From assembly GCF_001194135.2 (NCBI RefSeq), contig NC_068986.1, forward strand, positions 21,407,030-21,466,091: 59,062 nt of DNA, given 5' to 3'. Positions within the stretch are counted from its first letter, which is position 1. Each line of letters begins with the position of its first letter. Below the pieces are notes generated by a model, which worked only from the letters and a program-made list of their open reading frames with translations, had not been told where the DNA came from and did no database searches. The translations under genes and the position numbers were made by a program. The stretch is from Octopus bimaculoides. Taxonomy: Eukaryota. This document shows, in pieces, positions 25,697 through 37,042 of the stretch.

Positions 25697-26122
25697 TACC
25701 TACACAAATGTGCCCCCTCTTTCACTCGAATTTGTTTCTTCATAACTTTCATAGAAATGGATATTTTTTAATGAGATTTTCTACAAATACCTTTCACATA
25801 GCACAGATTCCAATTATATCGGAATTTAATATGGAAAAATAAAACTGATGCGCACTCACACTCACATACTAAAACGCATCGTATAATTTTTTCAAAATTT
25901 CTGGCTTCATTTTGCAATTTTGTGTGTGTATGTATGTGTGAGATGTGTGTCAGTATGCATATGTGCGCGCCCAATCATTGGTTGTTTTTTTTTTTGTCTC
26001 TGTGCGCGCACAATATCTTTTTTTTTTTTTCTGCTCTGATTTGATTCCGATATAATTGGAATCAACACAATCTGAAAGGTACGAGAAATCTGAGTCTGAT
26101 AGGGGGCACATTTGTGTAGGTA
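25697..26122. mobile_element. Tc1/mariner-type MITE (foldback)
   Basis: ta|cctacacaaatgtgccccct ... agggggcacatttgtgtagg|ta, plus a second internal inverted pair gattccaattatatcggaat / attccgatataattggaatc. Confidence 0.8.
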
Positions 26123-27145
26123 TACCGTGTGTGTACGAACATTAAATATATATATACGCGCGCAAATGCATAGGCTTATGTCTGAATAGTGTGTGTGTGT
26201 GCGAGAGAGAGAGAGGGAGAGAGAAAGAGAGAGAGGGAGAGAGAAAGTGTGTGTGTGCGTGTGTGTGTGTGTGTATAAATACATTCATATTTACTGACAA
26301 GATGACGGACAGAAAGACAGACAGCTCTGTCCATCTTTCATTATGTACCTATGTATAAACGGTAATCAAGCAATGCCGTATATGGAGCTACAGCATGGCC
26401 GCAAACATCAAGAAACTGAAAAAAGCAAAACTAATACAAAAATAAAATATCTGTGAAGAGCTAATCTCGATTCTTAGAACATAGAACATACAACTTAGTT
26501 TAGAAAATCAAGTTACATAAATGAGTCTATCACAAAAATCAGTGTTACATTACATTCTGATTTGTTATTTTAATTTGTTTATAAATTTTGGGTCTACATT
26601 GCTTGCTTAGCATTCAAGCAGGAAATGCCACGGATAGGGACGCGCGCGCGTACACACACGCGCACGCGCACAGATGCACACATACACACACACGCACACA
26701 CACACATGCGAGCACGGAGGTGTAAAACAAGGTGGAGAAGAAGGAACTCGGATACCAAAGGCAAAGTAAAAAGGGATCTATTCCATCTCAATCACAGATT
26801 TTTTAATTAATTTTTTTTTTAACTAAACAGTTTGAAATTTCGAATACTGGTAGAATTTCTCACGTAGAACACGGTTTACTCTGAACGTTTTTGACAAAAT
26901 TTCGTATTTTAGAAGTTATTTCGTGTTAAAGTTGTCGAATTTATGACAGAGATGGAATAGATCCATAAAAAGTAGTATTTTATCCGAAGCTGGAAAGACT
27001 TCACAAACCATATTATAGTTCTGAATACTCACGACTGCCTGATAATCGGTTGTGTGAAACTCTGAGTAACAATTTGTGAAGTTTTTTCATCTTCAATAAC
27101 ACATTCTCTGTGTATGTACATGCGTGCACGTATGTATTCTTCTAT

Positions 27146-27549
27146 TCTTTTACTTGTTTCAGTCGGTTTACTGCGGCCATGCTGGAGCACCGCCTTTAGT
27201 GTCGAACAAATCGACCCCAGGACTTATTCTTTGTAAGCCTAGTACTTATCTTATTCTATCCGTCTCTTTTGCCGAACCGCTAAGTGACGGGGACGTTAAC
27301 ACATCAGCATCGGTTGTCAAGCGATGGTGGGCGGACAAAAACAGACAGACACACTCACAAAAATATATATATATACATATATACATGACGAGCTTCTTTC
27401 AGTTTTCGTCTTCCAAATCCACTCACAAGGCTTTGGTCGGCCCGAAGCTATAGTAGAAGACACTTGCCCAAGCTGCCATGCAGTGGGACCGAACCCAGGA
27501 CCATGTAGTTGAAAAGCAAGCTTCTTACCACGCAGCCACTCTTGCGCCT
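27146..27549 (-). mobile_element. SINE family A, full length
   Basis: Reverse complement of the family A consensus, from the tail (ttttacttgtttcagtc) to the head (gccactcttgcgcct). Confidence 0.9.
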
Positions 27550-27935
27550 ATGTATATGTATACAACATTTTTATATATTCCTCTGGATAAAACGGTTGAT
27601 TTCTTGGATCCTCAACCGGGAATCGAAACCTTAACCTAAGTTTTTCTGTAAGCTTCTTTCCACTGTTCTCAACATTCGTACTTGGAAATTTACGAGACTA
27701 AACTGTCATTTAATGAATGTCTCCACATTATTTCGTTATAAAATATCATGTTTTAGGTTTTAAAATTCAGTTACGTGATCAGCGGTATTCGTGAAACTTT
27801 GAGCACTACAATACGTGTATGTGTGTCTACCTTCGGTCTTGTTTCATTCATTGGATTGTGACCGTGCTGGAGCACCACCTTGAAAGGTTTAGTCGAACAA
27901 ATCAACCCAACTATTTCATTTTTTTTTTCAAATAT

Positions 27936-28111
27936 GGAGGCGTAGGAGTGGCTGTGTGGTAAGTAGCTTGCTTACCAACCACATGGTTCCGGGTTCAATC
28001 CCACTGCGTGGTACCTTGGGTAAGTGTCTTCTACTGTAGCCTCTAGCCGACCAAAGCCTTGTGAGTGGATTTGGTAGACGGAAACAGAAAGAAGCCCGTC
28101 GTATATATGTA

Positions 28112-28186
<75 letters not shown>

Positions 28187-28400
28187 ATGTGTTTGTGTGT
28201 CTGTGTTTGTCCCTCCACCCAACATCGCTTGAGAACCGATGCTGGTGTGTTTACGTCCCCGTAACTTAGTGGTTCGGCAAAAGAGACCGATAAAATAAGT
28301 ACTAGGCATCCAAAGAACAAGTCCTGGGGTCGATCTGCTCGACTAAAGGCGATGATCCAGCATGGCCGCAGTCAAATGACTGAAACAAGTAAAAGAGTAA
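27936..28400 (+). mobile_element. SINE family A, full length (tRNA-like head, CORE-like segment, central AT/GT microsatellite)
   Basis: A-box-like tggctgtgtggt and B-box-like gggttcaatccc. ccttgggtaagtg resembles the CORE-domain start ccttgggcaagt. Tail gaaacaagtaaaagag. Confidence 0.9.
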
Positions 28401-28759
28401 GTCTGGTACTTTATTCTATCTGCCTTTTTTGTCGAACCGCTAAGTTACGGGGACGAAAACGAACCAACACCGGTTGCCAAATCGTGTGCGCGTGTGTGAA
28501 CAAATATAGACACACATACACATATACGGCAGGTTTCCACACAGTTTCCACCAAACAAATTTACTCACTCAAGTCATTCGTCGGCCCGGCCCTATAGTAA
28601 GAGAGACTTGCCTAAGGCGCCGTACAGTGGGACCGAGTCAGAAAGCACACACACACACACGCACACATACAGAGTTTACAGATCCGTTTTAAGTAGGATC
28701 AACAATGTACTCCATCTGGTGAGAAATAAATGCATGAATGTGATGTGATGTAGTGTGCG

Positions 28760-28857
28760 TGCGTGCGCGCGTGCGTACATATGTATGTATGCTTGCAAGT
28801 AGGTAGGTAGGTATGCATATATGCATTCATGCATGTATTTATGAGTATGTGGACATT

Positions 28858-28892
<35 letters not shown>

Positions 28893-29040
28893 GTGTGTGC
28901 GTGCGTGTGCATGTGTGTGCGTGCCTGCGTGCGTATGTGTGTATGCTTGCAAGTAGGTAGGTAGGTATGCATATATGCATTCATGCATATATTTATGAGT
29001 ATGTGGGCATTCGTGTGCGTGCGTGCGTGCGTGCGTGTGT
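28760..29040. repeat. Tandem duplication of a ~155-nt compound microsatellite unit
   Basis: tatgcttgcaagtaggtaggtaggtatgcatatatgcattcatgcat.tatttatgagtatgtgg.catt occurs at about 28788 and 28942. Confidence 0.85.
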
Positions 29041-29534
29041 GAAGCCAATATCGTCTGCCTAAACGTCAGCCCGAATGCTTGACAGAGCAGACTCCACTAA
29101 TGGCAACCACAGTGCCAGGTGGTGATGTCAAAAGCGAGGCAGATAAAGTCAACCACCGAAGTAGGTCACAACAGTAGGGTTCCTTTTAAACAAGTTGCAT
29201 TGAAAAACCAGACCGTGTTCTAATTTTATCTGTTACATATTTTCTTATCTTCGAATTAGTCCCTTGTAGTTCGTTTGGAACAGACCCTAAAACAGGCGCA
29301 GGCATGGCAGCATCGTTAAGAAGTTCGTTTTGCCACTACGTGATTTGGGGTTCAGTCCCCCTGCGAGGCATCATGGACAAGTGCCTTCTACCAACATCCT
29401 AGGCCAACCAATACCTTGTGAGTGTGATTTGGTAGACGGAAACTGCGTAGAAGCCCGTTGTATGTATGTATGTATGTATGCATCTATCTCTCTATCTATC
29501 TATCTATCTATCTATCTGTGTGTCTGTTAGCCAG

Positions 29535-29573
<39 letters not shown>

Positions 29574-29590
29574 CACTAGCTATCTATCTA

Positions 29591-29621
<31 letters not shown>

Positions 29622-30639
29622 GTCTGTGCATCTGCCTATCTGTCTATCTATCTATGATGAATGAGCAAAAACAAGAAAAACACAAGAGTGACAAGTTTGC
29701 ACAAAGGTGTTATATAATCATCTGAGAATCTGTAAGCCAGGAATACGCACTCGTATATTTGTTAATAAAGTATTATAGATCCATTTCAGCCGATCTTACC
29801 AATCTGTTTCGCACTGGGTATTAGATAATTGGACATTAGATAACAACGTAGTTAAATAACACCACGTGCTCATCAGAGGTGGTAGGTGTGTGTGTGTGTG
29901 TGGGGGGGGATATATGGCAGACACCATAATAAACCATTATCTAATACTCAATGCGAAACCGATTGATTAGACCAGCTGAAGTGGACTTATATACTTACAG
30001 TGTGTGTGTGTGTGTGTGTTTGTCACCACCTCCACCACTTGTATTGTTTACGTTCTTGTAACTTAACCGGTTTGGCCAAAAATACTATACTAGACTTTAA
30101 GGAAAATGCATAAGTACTGGAGTTGATTTGTTTCACTAAAACTGTTCAATGCGGTGCCCCAGCATGGCCGCAGTCTAACCACTGAAACACGTAATAGATA
30201 AAGAGAATATCCATCATTAACATTTCTAGACCTTCGGTGCATCGTGTTTCGATTTAAGTGACGTTAGACTGCGTTGCTACATCTTTATTTTTGGAAAGGT
30301 GCAATGTGAGATTGCTGCACACATTACAACCGAAATTGATTTTTTTTACTTCTTCCTTACCATTAAATTTAGACGCTATAACACTAGTATTTATCTATTA
30401 TTATTTCTTTAAAGTGACGAGATGGCAGAATCACAAGAAAGTTTTTAAAAACATTGCGTTATTTGTTCCAAGTTCTACATTCACTGAGTCCAAAGTCCAC
30501 CGAGATCAACTTCACCTCTCATTCTTTCGGGGTTGATAAAAAAAAAAAATAGGACCAGTTGAACACTAAAGGTCAATGTAATCGACTTCCTTACTTTCGA
30601 AATTGTTAGCCTTGTGCCAAAATTAGAAATTTTTTTTTT

Positions 30640-30830
30640 TTAAGCAACGGACTGAAATTGTAGGGGAGGTGGCTAGTCGATCGATCCCAGTGCTCAACTG
30701 GTACTTATTTCATCGACCCCGAAAGGATGAAAGGTAAAGTCGACCTCCATAGAATATGAACTCAGAACGTAAAGACGGACGAAATGCTAAGCATTTCGTT
30801 CAGCGTGCTTAGATTCCATCAGTTTGCCGC
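30640..30830 (-). mobile_element. SINE family B, followed by (AAT)n at 30832-30985
   Basis: cccagtgctcaactggtacttatttcatcgaccccgaaaggatgaaagg...ctcagaacgtaaagac; another copy at 31305-31465. Confidence 0.85.
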
Positions 30831-30831
30831 T

Positions 30832-30901
<70 letters not shown>

Positions 30902-30909
30902 TAATAATG

Positions 30910-30987
<78 letters not shown>

Positions 30988-32834
30988 GGTTGTCCGCGAA
31001 AGTTCGTGCCGATTTTTAAAGGTAAGAAAAAGGTCAATAAATACTTGCCACTATATTTTTAATCAACCAAACATGAACCATTTTGTTGTACAATGCGTCT
31101 CCATCTGTCCATTAACTTGAAAATACCCTCTTCCCAGAATTGAGGTAGTTTCATGGCAAATAAATCGAAAGGTAAGCTACTATAAATCGGCTCGAACTTT
31201 CCGGACAATCCAATAGTAATGATATTTGTTAACATAGGCTCAAGGCCAGAAATTTAGAAGAGAGTAACAATCAGTTTAAATCAACCAAAAATGATGTAAA
31301 ATAATCTTTTCTACTCTAGGCACATGGCCCGAAATTTTGGGGGAGGGGTCCAGTCGATTAGATCGACTCCAGTACGCAACTGGTACTTAATTTATCGGCT
31401 CCGAAAGGATAACACACAGTTGACCTCGGAGGAATTTGAACCCAGAACGTAAAGACAGACGGAAAAGGATATAAGATAATGCTCGAAGAATTGCTTATGG
31501 CTTTCAACGAGAGGTGACACAGATCAAATGTCGACAAAATAGAGAAGTGTAAAACAAAGGAATATATTCACATTGACTCGTGTGTAGAAGTCAAAGGACA
31601 GCGTTGAAGTTCAATGTGTGTGTTTTTAAGAGAAGGGAGATGGGGTCGGCGGAGGGATAGTGAATGCCGTAGTGAAGTTATATAGATTAGAAGAATAGAG
31701 TAAGGACAAAGTGGTGGGGAGATTATTTATACTGGATTAGTGACCAAAATTGAAGATGGGAAATGGAATGAATTTTTTTTATAATAGTGTATAGTTTGGT
31801 AAGGCATTATACAAATGTGCGATCTTTTCAGTTTGAGTGCCAGTCTTCAATTTATCTATCTATCTATCTATATCTATCTATCTATCTATCTATCTGTGTG
31901 TGTATTTTCATTTAGATAGATTATCTAAATCAAAATACACACACACATTGATGAATATAATATATATAAACATAATATATATGCATTTCTTTCTTTCTCA
32001 CGTTCTTTTGCTTTGTGTGTGTATGTGTATGTGTGTGCGCTTGTTCTTCTCAACTTTTCTAGGATGGATAGTTGGGAAAAGTAAACCATTTCAATTTCCG
32101 TCAGACATGAATTATTTCCCCTTAATATTGCAATGAAAGATTAAGAGATATTGTGAAAAATAAATCAAAACTAGAAAAGAAAAAGAGAAATTAATAGAAC
32201 AAAAATAGGGAAAAGAAATACATGTGAAACAGAAGGGGATAAAAAAAAATCAAATTGAAGAATAAGTTGAATGCATATGTATATATCTACAATACATGTA
32301 TTGTGCGTGCGCATGCATGTGTGCGTGTGTTTGTGTTTGCACGTTGGCTGGCAAGGGTAGATAGCATAATTACATAAAAGATGCTTCCCAGAATGTCTAC
32401 ACTTCTTGAAAATTTTTGACAGTGATCAAATAGAGATCAGCTATATAGATTTCTATGGATGAGGTATTTCTTTGCAATGCAAAAATCACATCTTCTATTT
32501 CCATTCTTGTGAGACTTTGATCTTTCAGTAATATTTCCACTAGTTTCGCAACAGAAAGCTTTCCTTTTAGCTGCCAGGCAGTCAGCTAATTTTATTGATT
32601 TTTATTATTGATATCCATAATGGAAAGTATTGTGATATCTTTATTTGAGCACCCCTCAGTTATGCTCATATAGCGTTTACATGACATGTTAAGGTTTGAT
32701 TTCATAGAAGTAACATAAACTTCATATATGATTACTTTTAGGTTGCAAGATATATCTAATGGACATGCTTTGGAGTTTTTGCATGTGTATGACCTCGATG
32801 TTATTGGGGAAGAGTGTGTATGATATGCTCTTCG

Positions 32835-32960
32835 TGTGTGTAGTACAATTGTCGCTTAATTTAAAGTTATATCTGTTAATTATCTTTCTATATTTATGAT
32901 TAGTTGGGGAGTGTTTATCTAGTATGTTTAGAAAGACTTTAACAATATCAGATTTAGCAT
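32835..32960 (-). mobile_element. Penelope-like element fragment (linker between RT and GIY-YIG)
   Basis: SDIVKVFLNILDKHSPTNHKYRKIINRYNFKLSDNCT matches the PLE motif FL.L.DKHFP..H...KIFNRN..KLSYSC. Confidence 0.85.
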
Positions 32961-33039
32961 TAAGGGAAAAGGTGTGTTTTGAACCATATATAATGGTACC
33001 TTTTCTCAGTTTGGACGCAGATATGTGACTACGCAACTT

Positions 33040-33470
33040 TGTTTTTGAATTCTTTAGCTGATGAGGAATTATTACCAGCAGCCAAGATGGGTCTTTCGAG
33101 TGATGCTACTCGACAGAGTGCGTAACTCGGAGACCAGAGAGGCACTCCAGGTAGAGCCGCTACTTCTCTAAGATGAGAGATCACAGCTCCGATATTATGG
33201 GCATGTGGTAAGACTATCTTGGGAAAGAATTGTTGAACAGGTTTTTCGGGCAAAACCAACTGGCAGGAGACCCAGAGATAAACCACGAGCAAGATGGTTA
33301 GATAACATCCATGAGCTTTGTTGGTCTCGCTTGGGGATCCAGTTGGATCAACTAGAGATGGTTGGTTCCGACAGGAAACGATGGAAGACGTGCTTGAGGA
33401 CTCTGCCTTCACGATACTTCCACCTTCCCAGGATTAGGTGAACGAAGAAGATGAAATGAGATGAGATGAG
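33040..33470 (+). mobile_element. RTE-clade LINE 3' end
   Basis: LLDRVRNSETREALQVEPLLL*DERSQLRYYGHVVRLSWERIVEQVFRAKPTGRRPRDKPRARWLDNI, followed by an (ATGAG)n-like tail. Confidence 0.85.
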
Positions 33471-33546
33471 AAAAAAATGGAAAATCATTCTACGAATATT
33501 ATTGCATGATCCTATATTGATATGAGTTTTCGTTGGACTTTCTTAT

Positions 33547-33688
33547 CACTAGCGTAGCCAGGGAAGGAGGGCGGTCCGCCCGGGCGGCACTTTTCATATT
33601 GCTGTAGGCAATATGCGCTTTTTGTGGGGTCCTGGGGCGACAAACGAAAGGGCCGCCCCGGGCGATACACACTCTAGCTATGCTAGTG
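33547..33688. mobile_element. hAT-type MITE, GC-rich
   Basis: TIRs cactagcgtagc / gctatgctagtg; exact 8-bp TSD tttcttat (33539-33546, 33689-33696). Confidence 0.9.
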
Positions 33689-33895
33689 TTTCTTATAGGT
33701 TAATGTAAGTTTGTTGTTAAATCTAAAGTGCACACAAGGTAGTAACTAGTTATTTTTTGATTAAAAGCATTTCCTTAATGTGTCTAATGTTTGCTTGTTG
33801 CTCACAATTAATTTGACATCTCTATGAACGTTGAGTAAATTTCTTGCAAAGTATATTTGAAATGTATAATTCTTAGAGATTGCATACTTCTGCGC

Positions 33896-34695
33896 GGGTC
33901 CTACCTACGAAAACACCCCGGAGCACGCCGTAGCACGTCGTAGCACGTCGTAGCACGTCGTAGCACGCCGGAGTACATCGCAACATGCCGGAGAGTTGAT
34001 CTTGACATATTAATATATTTTAACTAATCAGTTAAGACTTGTGCACGCCGTAGATAATGCTTAATTGCTTTGTTTTTGCGTTTGCGACAATAAAACAGGT
34101 CATCTGTAGTTGTATTGCACACTCTGCTTGGCGTCTCAGCTGTTCTTGTCAGGAATCTTCAATAATTAGTTATTCTGTCGGTTTTCGCGTCATTGTATCT
34201 TCATCCGAATATGCTCAAGCGTGCACCGAAGTGTCCGCTTTGAATTTCTATTGTTGTCAGTGGATGGATGAGATTTATTTCCCAAAAACTTTCATAAAGG
34301 GTACGCTTTTAGACTGTTTATGATAGAAACGGAACAACCTTGAGGTTGGTCATCTTCATAACTTCATAGCTAAAAAGATTGTTGTTTGTGGTGTTGCAGG
34401 CTGCGTGTGAGAGGTGTGCAATGTGTACCTTCTGTAATCATTATCAAGAAGAAAAAAAATTGTATTATTCTCAAATTATTGTGTTTTTCTCTTAGTGAAA
34501 CATCGCTGCCTTGATGATAAGTCTATGGCGTGCAGAAATCATTCTCCGACTTAATGAAAAGTCGATGGCGTGTAGAAATCACTTGCTGAAAATTTGACAA
34601 GTCTACGGTGTGCACAAGTCTTAACTGATTATTAGAAATATATTGATATATGAAGATCAACCATCCGGCGTGCTACGACGTGTTTTAGTAGGGCC
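33896..34695. mobile_element. Non-autonomous DNA transposon with long (~110-150 bp) TIRs, possibly PIF/Harbinger-like
   Basis: Left ...gttgatcttgacatattaatatattttaactaatcagttaagacttgtgcacgccgtaga is the inverse of right tctacggtgtgcacaagtcttaactgattattagaaatatattgatatatgaagatcaac. Termini gggtcctac / gtagggcc. Superfamily assignment is tentative. Confidence 0.7.
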
Positions 34696-35096
34696 TCTTC
34701 TGTGCTGTCACATCAATTCAACCAGTTAGGACGTGACGTCGAATCCAGATAGAATCTGTGTCAAATGTAGTTTTTTTCCTAGCGTGCATTATGATCTGGG
34801 GATTTGGATTGTGAAAGATAAAACTCTATCGTGTCAAACTAGCTAATCGCTTTTTTCTATATCATTGCTGTAGGTGAGAATGTTTCTTAGTGTAATTATT
34901 CAAGTTTAATAGTCTCTTGTTGCCCAATTTAAATGCAAAAATAAAAAGATTTGATATTTCTATAGCGTAGAAATGACTCAAACTCAGAAATCTACATAAT
35001 TATAATCCTAGTTTTAACACCCCCGCTTAGAAACTTCGGGGAAGTATTAACATTTTGAAACGCATTCATTACGTAACAAAGCCATAAATATCCAAC

Positions 35097-37042
35097 TCTG
35101 GTTAATGTTTACAATATTACTCGGAAACGAAAACAAATAAAATAGTGCAACAGGTGTAAAAAAAATGTGTACGAAATGAATATGAAAACAAAAATGCGAG
35201 CAAAGCAACGGGATGGAGTTTTTCTCGCATAACTTTTAGGAAAATGAAGGGGTTTTTTTAATGAAATGTTATGTAAATACCTTTCAAATGGCATACATTA
35301 TGGTTATAAAGAAATTTGTGGGGAATTTTTTTCTGAAGGGGTGGGGAGAGGACTTTCGGAAAATTCTCAAGATCCGATTCCCCCTCCCCCCATAACTTTG
35401 AGGAAAATGGATATCGTTTAATGAAATTTTTTCTAAATACCTTTCAAACGGTATACCTTTCTATTCACACTCAAAATATTGAACGTCTATGGGGAAGCCT
35501 GAAAAAAATGTATTGTTCGACCCAGAAGCGAAGTTTTTCCCACGAGAGTTCCGGATCCCAGTAATGAACTCATTTGCATACAGCCAATCAGAGCTCCCCT
35601 TGACCTTGTTGTCAAGTTAACAAACACACTCTATCTAGCAAGTAAACTCAAGACTAAGAGTTGTGTTGTAAATCGACCGATCGCCAGGTTATGCCTGATT
35701 TTAGAAGGAGACAAGTAATTAGATAGATTTGCATCTATACCTATTATCGGATTTTGTAAGGGCTCCATATGGTAAAGACGTGGATGGGGAAAATGTGGGT
35801 AGAGGGTGATGTGCTAGCAACCCTCTCCCTTACTGTTTTACAAAGTAAACAACAACACAACCACGCAGAGGCAGCCATGGTTGAAACAAGAACAAGAAGC
35901 ATTATTAAAAGAGAAAAGAAGCATGGTCATTCCTTACCCAAGTGAATTTATCTTATCGCCCATCACTTGTTATGCGCTCATAAATCAGTTTGATATTTGA
36001 GCTCTGATTGGCTGTATGCAAATTAGTTCATAACTGGGGTCCGGAACTCTCGTGGGGAAAAGATTTCGCGACCTGGAATGAGATCTAGCTACTTTTCATT
36101 TGGGCCATCTCACCGCCAACCCAGCGACTTCATAAGTTTCCTTTGGAGGCTGCAAGACTATACACATGTTTCGGATGACACCGAAGAATGTATACCGGTT
36201 CTCGATGTCGTTCACCAAATAACTCCCTGGCGCAGTTTTTATATTGTAAAACATTCTTCTTACCCCCAGCTAGGCTTATGCTTTAAAACATTCAATACAG
36301 ATCTTCCGACACCCTTTAGGCTTGTTAAGTTGCTTACTGATGACTGAGAGAACCTGCAGTAATTAACCGAAAATATTAAACAAATAAGGAAGGTATCAGA
36401 GGGTCGTGAGATATGCTAAAAACAACAGCTAAATTGCCCTTATCTTTTTTTTTATAGTAAAACTATAATCAACACTATATTTATGAATTTGTTTCTCTCA
36501 CCATGTTACATGGGATCTTTTTTTAAACCTTTTTCTATTACTCGAACAAAATATATATATGCATCTTTTTTTTTTTTACTCTTTTACTCGTTTCAGCCAT
36601 GCGGCTGTGGTCATGCTGGAGCACTACCATGGAAAAAATAATTGCTGCGGGTAGGATATATAAGTTTATACATATCTAATTTTTTTTTTTTTCAAACTTT
36701 TTTGCATTACACTCAAGCAAAAAAAATAATTCATGAATTTCTTTCTCTTCAAAAGTCCTCTCTCCACCCTAATCGGAAAAGATTTTCCCCACAAATTTCT
36801 TTATAATTGTAATGTATGCCGTTTGAAAGGTATTTATATAAGATTTCATTGAAAGATATCCGTTTTCCTCAAAGTTACGGGGAAAAAACTCGGATCTTGT
36901 GAATTTTCCGAAAGTCCTCTCCCCACCTCACTCCGTTGCTTTGCGCGGATTTTTGTTTTCATATTCGTTTCATACACATTTTTTACACCCGTTCTACAAT
37001 TTTTTTTTTCGTTTTCGGGTAATATTGTAAACATTAACCAGA
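35097..37042. mobile_element. ~1.95-kb foldback element with ~300-bp modular TIRs, containing a second inverted-repeat element (35521-36076)
   Basis: tctggttaatgtttacaatattac.cg.aaacgaaaa at the left is mirrored at 37007-37042. Inner TIRs ttcccacgagagttccgga.cccagt.atgaact.atttgcatacagccaatcagagctc are mirrored at 35999-36060. Confidence 0.85.

Noticed and set aside
33029-33412. 127-aa minus-strand ORF
   Set aside because: It is the antisense frame of the plus-strand RTE LINE fragment.
33920-33975. Short direct repeats as a CRISPR-like array
   Set aside because: Contiguous 10-mers without spacers inside a transposon TIR, in eukaryotic DNA.
36336-36375. CTGATGA...GAAA hammerhead-like words
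   Set aside because: No stem II closes directly onto GAAA, and there is no stem I or III.
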